Part shown: positions 52,132-64,000 of the stretch, piece after piece | Layout of the letters: every line of letters begins with the position of its first letter | Numbering within the stretch: the first letter of the stretch is position 1 | Source: an uncultured delta proteobacterium | Lineage (GTDB): Bacteria; Desulfobacterota; Binatia; Binatales; Binataceae | DNA: 64,000 bases | Reading direction: 5' to 3' | NCBI GenBank assembly: GCA_963724765.1 | Contig: CAVRVY010000001.1 | Span: 1,120,001-1,184,000 of the forward strand | The notes under the pieces: model-generated | What the model saw: only the letters and a program-made list of their open reading frames with translations | Database searches by the model: none | What the model was told of the DNA's origin: nothing | Position numbers and translations under genes: made by a program

Positions 52132-53511
52132 ATGTTTAAAAAACTGCTGGTAGCCAATCGCGGCACGATCGCCATCCGGATCATCCGCGCCTGCCGCGAG
52201 CTGAACATCGCCACGCTGGCGATCTATTCGACCGCTGACAAGGACGCACTGCATGTGCGGATGGCCGATGAGGCAGTCTGTATCGGGCCGGCTGCGGCCG
52301 AGGAGAGCTACCTCAACATTCCGGCGATCATCAGCACGGCGTTGACCTATGGTGCCGACGCGGTCCATCCCGGCTACGGTTTCCTGTCCGAAAACGGCGA
52401 CTTCGCCGAGGCCTGCCGCCGCTCGGGTGTGCATTTCGTCGGCCCGCTCGCGCGCCATATCCGCCTGATGGGTGACAAGCCGCGCGCGCGCCGCATCATG
52501 GTTCGCGCCGGCGTACCGGTGCTGCCGGGCAGCGAGGGTAAGGGCGTGACCGAAGTGCGCGAGGCGGCGGCCGACGCCAGGCGGCTCGGTTTCCCGGTGC
52601 TGATCAAGGCGGCGGCCGGTGGCGGCGGCAAGGGGATGCGCGTGGCGCGCGACGAGAAGGAGCTGAACCGCCTGTTCGCACTCGCCCGCGCCGAGAGCGA
52701 GGCGGCCTTCGGCTCGCGCACGATGTACCTGGAGAAGTACCTCGAGCACGCGCGGCACGTCGAATTTCAGATTCTCGCCGACACCCATCGCAATGTGATT
52801 CATATGGGCGAGCGCGACTGCTCGATCCAGCGGCGCCATCAGAAGGTGCTCGAAGAGGCGCCGTGCCCGGTGATGACGGCGCGGCTGCGCGAGAAGATGG
52901 GCAAAGCTGCCGTGCGCGCCGCCCAGGTAGTTGGCTATTCCAACGTCGGCACGGTCGAGTTCCTGCTTTCCGCCGACGGCAGTTTCTATTTCATCGAGAT
53001 GAACACCCGCATCCAGGTTGAGCACGGCGTGACCGAGATGGTGACCGGCGTCGACCTGGTGCGCGAGAGCCTGGCGCTCGCGATGGGCGAGCGGCTGCGT
53101 CTCAAGCAGCGCCAGGTCACGATCAGCGGCGCGGCGATGGAGTTCCGGATTTATGCGGAGGATCCCGACACTCACCTGCCATCGCCTGGCGTGGTGTCGA
53201 ATCATCATGCACCCGGCGGATTGGGCGTGCGGGTCGAATCGGCGCTGTACGACGGCTACCGCGTGCCGGTGCAATACGATCCATTGATCGCCAAGCTGAT
53301 TGTGCACGCCGATAATCGCGCGGGAGTGGTGACGCGGGCGCGTGCGGCGCTGCGCGAGTACCAGGTCGACGGCATCAAGACCAATATCCCGCTTCATCTG
53401 CGGATTCTGCAGGACCCGGATTTTTTGCGCGGCGAGTTCGCCACCGATTTTCTAAGCCGCTTCGAGCGCGACGCCAACGGCGCCGAGGCCGTCCGCGCCG
53501 CGGGGCGCTGA
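52132..53511 (+). CDS. accC: biotin carboxylase
   Basis: LVANRG, HPGYGFLSEN, GGGGKGMR, RDCSIQRRHQK and EMNTRIQVEH. Confidence 0.96.
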   Translation: MFKKLLVANRGTIAIRIIRACRELNIATLAIYSTADKDALHVRMADEAVCIGPAAAEESYLNIPAIISTALTYGADAVHPGYGFLSENGDFAEACRRSGVHFVGPLARHIRLMGDKPRARRIMVRAGVPVLPGSEGKGVTEVREAAADARRLGFPVLIKAAAGGGGKGMRVARDEKELNRLFALARAESEAAFGSRTMYLEKYLEHARHVEFQILADTHRNVIHMGERDCSIQRRHQKVLEEAPCPVMTARLREKMGKAAVRAAQVVGYSNVGTVEFLLSADGSFYFIEMNTRIQVEHGVTEMVTGVDLVRESLALAMGERLRLKQRQVTISGAAMEFRIYAEDPDTHLPSPGVVSNHHAPGGLGVRVESALYDGYRVPVQYDPLIAKLIVHADNRAGVVTRARAALREYQVDGIKTNIPLHLRILQDPDFLRGEFATDFLSRFERDANGAEAVRAAGR

Positions 53512-53559
53512 GCCGCGATTCGTTATCAGTTCAACGAGCATTTTTTCCAGGCATCCGTT

Positions 53560-54633
53560 ATGAACGCCAACCTCCGCTCAGCTTTGATGCTTGCCGCATT
53601 GCTGGCGATCGGCGCGCGCTTCGCCACGCCGGCACGCCATGCCTTTGCCGCCGACTTACCCTCGGCGGGTTCGGCACTGCTCGGCGAGCAGTCGGGCTCG
53701 GCTGCGGCCGGGGCGCCGAAGGCCGAGGTTGCCGAACCGGCCTATAATTTCGGTACGGCGCTAAGCGGCCCGCCACTGAATCATGTCTTCATGATCAAGA
53801 ACGTGGGCAGCGCGCCGCTTGAGATCAGGAATGTCAACTCGTCGTGTGGATGCACTGCCGCCAAACCAAGCAAGAATATCCTGACGCCTGGCGAAGTTGC
53901 TACCATCGCGGCCTCCGTCGATACGCACTTCGAGCAAGGCCACAGCCTCTCCGTGATTACCCTGACCACCAACGATCCCGCCAACGCGTCGCTACAACTC
54001 AAGATCGAAGGCGTGATCAAGCCGCAAGTGGCGGCCCAGCCGATGGACCTGGACTTCGGCAGCGTTCATCGCGGCAGCGCGGCCACTCGCGACGTCGTCG
54101 TCAGCGACATGGTCGGAGGCAGGGGATTCGCGCTGAAGTCGGTAAAGAACGATAGTCCGTATATCAAGGTGACGGAGTCGGCGCGCACCGACGGCAAGCC
54201 GGGAGCGTTGCTGCACGTGGCGCTGTCGCCGTCGATGCCGCCGGGGCCGATCAGCGATACGCTGCGGATCGAGACCAGCCGCGCGCCGCTCAGAGTCGCG
54301 ATTCTCGGCGTGGTCACCGGCGATCTGGTGGTCAAGCCGAACCAGGTCTCGTTCGGCATCCTGCCGCATCATCAGGGAGCGGTGCGTATCGTGCGGCTCA
54401 CCAACCAGGGCAGCCACACCATCAACGTGCTCGGCGTGGACAGCACCAGCAATAGTGTCTTCGCCAAGGTCGCTCCGGTGACGCCGGGCAAGGAGTACAA
54501 GCTCACGGTGGCGCTCAGGCCCAACACTCCGGATGGCCAGATACGTGGCGCGCTGACCATCCGCACCGACGACCCGCAACAGACGACCCTGACCGTGCCG
54601 TACTACGGCATCGTCGGATCATTCAGGAGCTAA
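53560..54633 (+). CDS. DUF1573-domain secreted protein (tandem Ig-like domains)
   Basis: Signal peptide, YNFG...SSCGCT, and repeated (L/V)xFG domains. Confidence 0.8.
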   Translation: MNANLRSALMLAALLAIGARFATPARHAFAADLPSAGSALLGEQSGSAAAGAPKAEVAEPAYNFGTALSGPPLNHVFMIKNVGSAPLEIRNVNSSCGCTAAKPSKNILTPGEVATIAASVDTHFEQGHSLSVITLTTNDPANASLQLKIEGVIKPQVAAQPMDLDFGSVHRGSAATRDVVVSDMVGGRGFALKSVKNDSPYIKVTESARTDGKPGALLHVALSPSMPPGPISDTLRIETSRAPLRVAILGVVTGDLVVKPNQVSFGILPHHQGAVRIVRLTNQGSHTINVLGVDSTSNSVFAKVAPVTPGKEYKLTVALRPNTPDGQIRGALTIRTDDPQQTTLTVPYYGIVGSFRS

Positions 54634-54765
54634 GAGTCACATTATCAAGGGCTTATGAACGTCTCGTCCCCAGCTTCGCACTTGTTTGGATAAGCTAGCG
54701 CCCCGTATACTAGTTCCAGCGGCCGCGGCGCCCCGCAGGTGCTCCGGCCCCGAGACGGCTGGCCG

Positions 54766-55668
54766 ATGGGCGCATCCACACTGCTGGAGCCATTTCGCCG
54801 CGTGCGTGATGCGTTGATGCGTTTCGCAGTCCGTCAGCTCACCACGCCGCTTAAGCGCTACACCCTCGTTTATCCCAACGACCTGGCGGAGCTGAAACGG
54901 CAGATCCGCAAGGGCGACGTAGTCCTGGCTGAGGGCAACGAGCGTATCAGCGAGGTCATCAAATACCTGACCCAGAGTTCGTGGTCGCATTCGGCGCTTT
55001 ACGTCGGTGACGAGGCGATCAAGCGCGACCCAGAATTGCGGCTCAGGCTCGCCCAGGAATACGGCGAAGAAGCCAACTACATGGTGGTCGAGGCGCTGGT
55101 GCAGAGCGGAGTCGTGTTGACTCCGCTGGCGAGGTACCGCGACTTCAACGTCCGCATCTGCCGCCCCTACCGGCTCTCCGAATCCGATCTCCGGGTCGTG
55201 ATGGACGAGGCGCTGGCGCATGTCGGGCGGCAGTACGATCTCAGAAACGCATTCGACCTCGCCCGTTACTTTCTGCCGGTGAGCCTGGTGCCGGCGCGCT
55301 TTCGCCACACGGCCTTGCGCTTTGGCAGCGGCGACCCAACTCGCGCGATTTGTTCGAGCATGATCGCCGAGTGTTTCGCCCGGGTGCGATTTCCGATCGT
55401 GCCCAGGATCGAGCCGATGCCCGAAGGCTATCCGGTCGTTCATGGTCCGCCGCACCGGCTCGGCAAGTTGATCTCGAGGCCGGCCCATCTTCCGCCCGGG
55501 CTTTATCACATGATTTCGCCCTCGCTGATCACGCCGCGAGACTTCGACCTGTCGCCATATTTCGAGGTGATCAAATTCAACCTCATCGCTGGCTCACGCT
55601 TTGACTACCGCAGGATCGTCTGGGCCGACGAGAGCGAGGGACCCTCCCAGCTGGAGAAGGCGAGCTGA
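54766..55668 (+). CDS. YiiX/YebB-like permuted NlpC/P60 cysteine hydrolase
   Basis: GDVVL, SSWSHSALY (His), GRQYD and ICSSMIA (Cys). Confidence 0.8.
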   Translation: MGASTLLEPFRRVRDALMRFAVRQLTTPLKRYTLVYPNDLAELKRQIRKGDVVLAEGNERISEVIKYLTQSSWSHSALYVGDEAIKRDPELRLRLAQEYGEEANYMVVEALVQSGVVLTPLARYRDFNVRICRPYRLSESDLRVVMDEALAHVGRQYDLRNAFDLARYFLPVSLVPARFRHTALRFGSGDPTRAICSSMIAECFARVRFPIVPRIEPMPEGYPVVHGPPHRLGKLISRPAHLPPGLYHMISPSLITPRDFDLSPYFEVIKFNLIAGSRFDYRRIVWADESEGPSQLEKAS

Positions 55669-55782
55669 CGGGACTTGTGCGACGCGCGCCGGGTCTGCGA
55701 TAAGTAGGCAGCGCAGGCGCGCCGCGCCGTGTTAAAAGGTGGTGCCGGGCTCGCCCCGCGAATCCTGGACGGTATCGTGTGC

Positions 55783-56040
55783 ATGAGCAGTCGCGAACTT
55801 TTAGAGAAGGCGATAGCCAGAATTTTGCATCGACACTGCAACTTCGGCTGGGCGCATTACTACATCCCGAGCGAGAAGTTTCCGAGCCTTATCGAAGAAC
55901 TGGTTGAAGTGGCCAGTCCCGCGGGGCAGGTGAGTCACGAGGAACTGGTGCAGTTCTTCCTGCGCACGCAGCGGCTGAGCTCCGCCCAGGAGCGCGCGGC
56001 CAGGTTCGAGGAGGAGTTCGCGATCTATCGTCGAGGTTAA
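55783..56040 (+). CDS. hypothetical protein
   Basis: Protein-like composition and GC3-biased codons. Confidence 0.55.
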   Translation: MSSRELLEKAIARILHRHCNFGWAHYYIPSEKFPSLIEELVEVASPAGQVSHEELVQFFLRTQRLSSAQERAARFEEEFAIYRRG

Positions 56041-56272
56041 TTGGCGTCGAGGTTGATTGGCGCCACGGCCGACCGCGCGAAAGCTGCCGATGCCGCGCCG
56101 CTACGCCGGCGCGTCTCGTCAGCGGCGCCGCGAACTTCAGGAAATCGTCTCGCGCTCTGGGAAGCGCGGCGCGCTCTGATAGGATAGCCTGCGCCCGGCG
56201 CAGACATCTCATACTTAATACGCCGCGCTGGCGCGAGCGCGATCGATTCTCCGACGGAGGTTTCATCCGACC

Positions 56273-56713
56273 ATGCCAATTAACCAGGCCGAGCCGCCGC
56301 AGGCTCACGAGATACTGAAGAACAACCCTGACGCAATTTATCTCGACGTCCGCACCGAACCCGAATTCGCCCAGGGCCATCCGCAAGGTGCAATCAACGT
56401 CCCGGTGGTTTTCATCAAGGGCCCGGGCCAGATGGAACTCAACGGCGAATTCGTCGACGTGGTGGCCAAGACGCTGGCGCGCGAGAAGAAACTGGTGGTG
56501 GGATGCCTGGCGGGTGGACGCTCGCAGCGCGCGTGCGAACTGCTCGAGGCGGCCGGCTACACCGACCTCACCAACGTGCGCGGCGGGTTTGGCGGCGCGC
56601 GCGACGCCTCGGGTCAGGTCGTGGTTGCAGGATGGCGCGAGGCGGGGCTGCCGGTCTCGAGCGAAGTCGGCGACAACAGCTACCAGGCGCTGCGGCGCAA
56701 GGCCGGGCTTTAG
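56273..56713 (+). CDS. rhodanese-like protein
   Basis: LDVRTEPEF..GH, CLAGGRS active loop, and GG...W. Confidence 0.9.
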   Translation: MPINQAEPPQAHEILKNNPDAIYLDVRTEPEFAQGHPQGAINVPVVFIKGPGQMELNGEFVDVVAKTLAREKKLVVGCLAGGRSQRACELLEAAGYTDLTNVRGGFGGARDASGQVVVAGWREAGLPVSSEVGDNSYQALRRKAGL

Positions 56714-56746
56714 CGCGCGGACCCTGCCGCGCACGGGTCACAACAG

Positions 56747-57439
56747 ATGGCGATTCGGCTGACACGGATCTATACGCGCAGCGGCGACCGCGGCCTGACC
56801 GCGCTGGTCGGCGGCGCTCGCGTGGCCAAGGAGAGCGCGCGCCTGGAGGCCTACGGTACTGTCGACGAGCTCAATTCCATCGTCGGTATCGTGCGCAGTT
56901 ATCTCCCCGGCTACAAGCGCCGCTTCGGCAAGGATTACGGTTGGTATTCTGAAAGCCTGCGGCGCATCCAGAACGAGCTATTCGACGTCGGCTCCGAACT
57001 GGCGACGCCGCCGCCCGCTGAATACGCCGGGATGCACAGGATGAGCGCGGCGGAAGCGAAGAAGCTCGAGGAGGAGATGGACCGGATGCAGCAGGAGCTG
57101 AAGCCGCTCAACTCCTTCACGCTTCCCGGCGGCGGCGTGCTCAACGGCTTCCTGCACCAGGCGCGCACCGTGTGCCGGCGGGCCGAGCGCGTATGCTGGG
57201 CGCTGAGGCGCGTCGAGCCGATCAACGACCATCTGATGGTCTACGTCAATCGCCTGAGCGACCATCTGTTCGTGCAATCGCGATGGGTTGCAAAGCGGCT
57301 CAAGGAGCCCGAGTTCCTGTGGGACCGCGGGTTGCGAATCGATCCGCGCGCGGCGGTGGCGGCCAAACGACGGGCGGCCGCGGCGGGCGATAACGCGAGC
57401 GGCAAGGACAACGATGCGCCGCGGCGCGGCAAGCGCTAG
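56747..57439 (+). CDS. pduO: PduO-type ATP:cob(I)alamin adenosyltransferase
   Basis: IYTRSGDRG, GTVDELNS, QNELFDVG, RTVCRRAER and NRLSDHLF. Confidence 0.9.
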   Translation: MAIRLTRIYTRSGDRGLTALVGGARVAKESARLEAYGTVDELNSIVGIVRSYLPGYKRRFGKDYGWYSESLRRIQNELFDVGSELATPPPAEYAGMHRMSAAEAKKLEEEMDRMQQELKPLNSFTLPGGGVLNGFLHQARTVCRRAERVCWALRRVEPINDHLMVYVNRLSDHLFVQSRWVAKRLKEPEFLWDRGLRIDPRAAVAAKRRAAAAGDNASGKDNDAPRRGKR

Positions 57440-57597
57440 ATTTGAATTACGGCGCTAATCGCTTAATGACACGAGACGGAATTGCCGGCCGAGTTGCCGG
57501 CGGAAGTTGCTGGAAGGATTGAAATTGTCGCGCGGACTGAGATTCCCGCGTTGAACGCGCGGCGGAGAGAGTAAAACCCGGAGAAAGTAAAAGATCG

Positions 57598-60377
<2,780 letters not shown>

Positions 60378-60392
60378 GAGCGCGCGACGACT

Positions 60393-60677
60393 ATGCCCGG
60401 ACCTGATTTGGCGCGGCTCAGGATGCTGGTGCACGGGCGGGTGCAGGGAGTATTTTTCCGTCATGCGGCGGCCGAGGAGGCTCGCGAGCTGGGGCTTCGC
60501 GGATGGGTGAAGAATCTGGCCAACGGCGACGTCGAAATCGTTGCGGAGGGGCAGCGCCGCGAGTTAAAGATCTTTGCGGCGTGGGCCAATCAGGGGCCGC
60601 GGCTGGCGCGCGTAACCGGGGTGGAGGAGGAATGGTCGGATTGTCGAGGCGAGGAGGGCGCTTTTACGATCCGTTAG
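60393..60677 (+). CDS. acyP: acylphosphatase
   Basis: GRVQGVFFR and GWVKN. Confidence 0.93.
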   Translation: MPGPDLARLRMLVHGRVQGVFFRHAAAEEARELGLRGWVKNLANGDVEIVAEGQRRELKIFAAWANQGPRLARVTGVEEEWSDCRGEEGAFTIR

Positions 60678-60814
60678 TCCGCTGGTTAAGTATCGGACCC
60701 TTTCGCTTTTTTCTGTTATTAGCTATAGTTTTGGATGGTATAAGGAACTTGGCCTCGGCTATGACGCTGAAATTCGTCCGCCGCAGCCACGTAGCGCAAG
60801 GAGTTTGAACGAAA

Positions 60815-62716
60815 ATGGCTCTACCACCTGAGGCAGCCGGACAAGCCGCGGAATCGCACAGCATTGCCGGCGGCGGTGCCGGACACAAGCGGCGCGAGAA
60901 GGTCGACCACGTCGTCATTCGCTTCGCAGGCGACTCGGGCGACGGGATGCAGCTTGCCGGTATGCAGTTCACCACCGAATCGGCACTGGCGGGCAACGAT
61001 ATCGCGACCCTGCCCGATTTCCCCGCCGAGATACGCGCTCCGGCGGGAACGCTGGCCGGCGTCAGCGGCTTCCAGGTCAACTTTTCCAGCAGCGAAATCT
61101 TCACCGCCGGCGACGAGCCCAACGTACTGGTCGCGATGAATCCGGCGGCGCTCAAGGCCAACCTCGACGACGTTCCGCCCAATGGCGTGATCATCGCCGA
61201 CGTTGCGGCGTTTAGCGACTCCAACCTCAAGCGCGCGGGCTTCACTACCAACCCGCTCACCGATCATTCGCTCGACAAGTACCAGCTTTTCCAGGTCGAC
61301 GTCACCAAGATGACGACGCTGGCGCTGCGCGACTCGGGGCTCAACAACCGGGCCGTGATGCGCTGCCGGAACCTGTTCGTGCTCGGCCTGGTGTCGTGGC
61401 TCTATCAGCGGCCGATCGAAAGCACCGAAAGCTGGTTGGCCGGGCGCTTCCGCAAATTGCCGGACGTGCTGGCCGCCAACGTCAAGGCGCTCAAGGCGGG
61501 CTACAACTACGGCGAAACCACTGAGGCGTTCGCCAGTTCCTACGTCGTGGACCCGGCCCGGATAGCCTCGGGCTTTTACCGCAACATCACCGGCAACAGC
61601 GCAACCGCGCTGGGCTTTGTAGTGGCGGCGTGCCGGGCCAAGCGCCCGCTGTTCCTGGGCTCCTATCCGATTACACCCGCCAGCGACGTGCTTCACGACC
61701 TCGCCGGCTTCAAGAATTTTCCGGTCTACACCTTCCAGGCTGAGGACGAGATTGCCGGCATGGCCTCCGCGATCGGCGCAGCCTTCGGCGGCGCAATCGC
61801 GATCACCACGACCTCGGGCCCCGGGATGAATCTCAAGGCCGAGGCGGTGGGCCTGGCGGTCAAGACCGAACTGCCGGTCGTCATCACGGACATCCAGCGC
61901 GCCGGCCCCTCGACCGGAATGCCGACCAAGCCGGAGCAGGCCGACCTGCTGATGGCGATGTACGGGCGGCACGGCGAATCGCCGATTCCGATTATCGCGG
62001 CGGCGACACCGGGCGACTGCTTCGACTGCGCCTACGAGGCCGTGCGGATCGCGACCAAGTACATGACCCCGGTCATCCTGCTCACCGACGGCCAACTGGC
62101 CAACGGCGCCGAGCCCTGGCTGGTGCCCGACGTAAGCAAGTTGCCCGACATCAAGGTCGAGTTCCGCACCGACCCCAACGGCTTCATGCCTTATACTCGC
62201 GATCCAGAAACGATGTCGCGGCCGTGGGCGGTGCCCGGCACGCCTGGCCTCGAGCATCGGCTCGGCGGCCTTTCGACTGAAGACCAGACTGGCAATATCA
62301 GCTACTCGCCGGCCAACAACGAGCTGATGGTGCGGCAGCGCGCGCGCAAGATCGCGGGCATCGCGCGCGAGATTGCGCCGATCGAAATTTTCGGTGACGC
62401 GGGCGGCGGCGAACTGCTGATGCTCGGATGGGGCTCGACCTTCGGGCCGATTCGCGAGGCGGTCAAGCAGTTGCGCGCCAAGGGCAAGAACGTCTCGCAC
62501 ATCCACCTGCGCTATCTCAATCCGCTGCCGAGCGATCTGGGCGACAAGCTGCGGAGCTTCCGCAAGGTGATGGTCGCCGAGATGAACATGGGACAACTGC
62601 TCAAGATGGTGCGCGCCGATTACCTGGTCGACGCCGTGGGCTGCAACAAGATCCAGGGCCGTCCGTTCAAGGTCAGCGAACTGACTAATCGCATCCTGCG
62701 CGCGCTGGAGGGCTGA
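60815..62716 (+). CDS. korA: 2-oxoacid:ferredoxin oxidoreductase subunit alpha (gamma-fused)
   Basis: FAGDSGDG, YPITPAS, QAEDEI, TSGPG and QRAGPSTG. Confidence 0.9.
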   Translation: MALPPEAAGQAAESHSIAGGGAGHKRREKVDHVVIRFAGDSGDGMQLAGMQFTTESALAGNDIATLPDFPAEIRAPAGTLAGVSGFQVNFSSSEIFTAGDEPNVLVAMNPAALKANLDDVPPNGVIIADVAAFSDSNLKRAGFTTNPLTDHSLDKYQLFQVDVTKMTTLALRDSGLNNRAVMRCRNLFVLGLVSWLYQRPIESTESWLAGRFRKLPDVLAANVKALKAGYNYGETTEAFASSYVVDPARIASGFYRNITGNSATALGFVVAACRAKRPLFLGSYPITPASDVLHDLAGFKNFPVYTFQAEDEIAGMASAIGAAFGGAIAITTTSGPGMNLKAEAVGLAVKTELPVVITDIQRAGPSTGMPTKPEQADLLMAMYGRHGESPIPIIAAATPGDCFDCAYEAVRIATKYMTPVILLTDGQLANGAEPWLVPDVSKLPDIKVEFRTDPNGFMPYTRDPETMSRPWAVPGTPGLEHRLGGLSTEDQTGNISYSPANNELMVRQRARKIAGIAREIAPIEIFGDAGGGELLMLGWGSTFGPIREAVKQLRAKGKNVSHIHLRYLNPLPSDLGDKLRSFRKVMVAEMNMGQLLKMVRADYLVDAVGCNKIQGRPFKVSELTNRILRALEG

Positions 62717-62721
62717 GAGAA

Positions 62722-63720
62722 ATGGCTACCGCTTTGACTCGCAAGGACTTCATCTCCGACCAGGAAGTGCGCTGGTGCCCTGGATGCGGCGACTACGCAA
62801 TCCTCGCTCAGGTACAAAAAATCATGCCGGAGCTGGGCGTCGCGCGCGAGAACACGGTCTTCATCTCGGGCATCGGATGTTCGAGCCGTTTTCCGTACTA
62901 TATGAACACCTACGGCTTCCATACGATTCACGGCCGCGCACCGGCGGTCGCGACCGGGTTGAAAGTCACTCGGCCCGAGCTCGACGTATGGGTGGTTACG
63001 GGCGATGGCGACGGACTGTCGATCGGCGGCAACCATCTGATTCACGTGCTGCGCCGCAACGTCGACCTCAAGATCCTGCTCTTCAACAATCGCATCTACG
63101 GTCTCACCAAGGGCCAGTATTCACCGACCTCGGAGGTGGGCAAGGTAACCAAGTCCACGCCCGCCGGCTCGGTTGATTTTCCGTTCAATCCGATCACGGT
63201 CGCGCTCGGCGCGCACGCGGCTTTCGTAGCGCGCACGATTGACGTCGAACAAAAGCATTTAGGCGAAGTTCTCAAGCGCGGCCACGCGCATCGCGGCGCG
63301 TCGTTCATCGAGATTCTCCAGAACTGCAACATCTTCAACGACGACGCGTTCAAGGAAGTTAGCGACAAGACCATCAAGGCGGACCATCAGCTCGTGCTCG
63401 AGAACGGCAAGCCGCTCATCTTCGGCAAAAACCGCGACCGCGGCATCCGCATGAACGGGATGCGTCCTGAGGTGGTACAGCTCGGCAACGGCGTCAGCGA
63501 AAGCGACATCGTCGTGCACGACGAGAGCAACCTCTCGCTGGCCTTCATGCTGGCGAACTTTGAGCCGCCGATGCCGACGCCGGTCGGCGTTTTCTACTGC
63601 GTCTCGCGTCCGACCTACGATGCGGCGATGAACAAGCAGCTCGAAGAGGCGCGCGCCAAGATGGGCGTGGGCGACCCACAAAATCTGCTGCGCCAGGGCG
63701 ATACCTGGACGGTCAACTAG
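62722..63720 (+). CDS. korB: 2-oxoacid:ferredoxin oxidoreductase subunit beta
   Basis: WCPGCGD, SGIGCS, GDGD...NN TPP motif and YGLTKGQ. Confidence 0.9.
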   Translation: MATALTRKDFISDQEVRWCPGCGDYAILAQVQKIMPELGVARENTVFISGIGCSSRFPYYMNTYGFHTIHGRAPAVATGLKVTRPELDVWVVTGDGDGLSIGGNHLIHVLRRNVDLKILLFNNRIYGLTKGQYSPTSEVGKVTKSTPAGSVDFPFNPITVALGAHAAFVARTIDVEQKHLGEVLKRGHAHRGASFIEILQNCNIFNDDAFKEVSDKTIKADHQLVLENGKPLIFGKNRDRGIRMNGMRPEVVQLGNGVSESDIVVHDESNLSLAFMLANFEPPMPTPVGVFYCVSRPTYDAAMNKQLEEARAKMGVGDPQNLLRQGDTWTVN

Positions 63721-63757
63721 ACAACAACAGTCTGCCGCAGCAATAGGACTTGATAGC

Positions 63758-63795
63758 AAAGGGCCCGGCGGCTTCAGCCTCCGGGCCTCTTTTTC
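63758..63795 (+). terminator. rho-independent terminator
   Basis: GGCCCGG-cggcttcagcct-CCGGGCC stem followed by TCTTTTT. Confidence 0.75.
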
Positions 63796-63908
63796 AAGGA
63801 TCTCACAGCCGCCGCTCCGATGTCGCGGCTTGCCCCCCCGCTCGCTGCTTGCTGCGTTAGTTCCGGTTCCGCAGCGCCGTGGCGTCAGCGGCCTGCCGTC
63901 CTGCTGCG

Positions 63909-64000
63909 TCAGCCGCGTCGTGGAAGCTCGACGCGTGCCCATCCCGACGCGCACAGCTCGCCCTTTTGGTTGCGCTCTTCGAGCTCGCACTCGACCACAC
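63909..64000 (-). CDS. 3' end of a gene, MaoC/hotdog dehydratase-like C-terminus (partial)
   Basis: Minus strand reads VVECELEERNQKGELCASGWARVELPRRG*, resembling MaoC-type ends (NQxGE...A.V.LP). Confidence 0.55.
   Translation of the reverse strand, partial: VVECELEERNQKGELCASGWARVELPRRG

Noticed and set aside
52116-52143. Third copy of the ECF -35 word TGTAAAC before accC
   Set aside because: No CGTC at the 17-nt spacing.
56041-56272. Cobalamin riboswitch upstream of rhodanese-pduO
   Set aside because: Only an isolated CTGGGAAG word is present and I could not identify the B12 box or core helices. An Infernal search with Rfam cobalamin models would settle it.
60744-60772. RpoE-like promoter GGAACTT upstream of korA
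   Set aside because: The -10 element and spacing match poorly, so support is insufficient.

Overview
A GC-rich bacterial chromosomal window. Gene content and style suggest a soil deltaproteobacteria-like lineage such as Ca. Binatota, but this is inference only. Core genes include uvrA-pdxA-surA-mfd, an 11-subunit nuoABCDHIJKLMN operon lacking nuoEFG, rsmI-aroQ-accB-accC, ligA, acyP, a 2-oxoacid:ferredoxin oxidoreductase pair and tRNA-Cys(GCA). Accessory units include a divergent Ecm/MeaA-like B12 mutase, an ECF sigma/zinc anti-sigma/DUF3106 operon, a diiron ferritin-like gene with an SCP2-like partner, a PadR-HlyD-ABC operon broken by five +1 frameshifts, an OafA-type acyltransferase, an MgtC/DUF4010 locus and a ~920-aa secreted propeller/NIDO-like protein. 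Four observations stand out. (1) Two back-to-back TGTAAAC-N17-CGTC ECF-type promoters link the sigma operon to a divergent set of small secreted proteins, one of which carries YxxxHP repeats. (2) A membrane-anchored ORF ending RPPP, a candidate ribosome-arrest leader, precedes a structured spacer and the MgtC-family gene. (3) The diiron and SCP2-like pair has no obvious annotation. (4) The complex I-like operon has no N-module. No CRISPR array, rRNA, integrase or transposase was seen.
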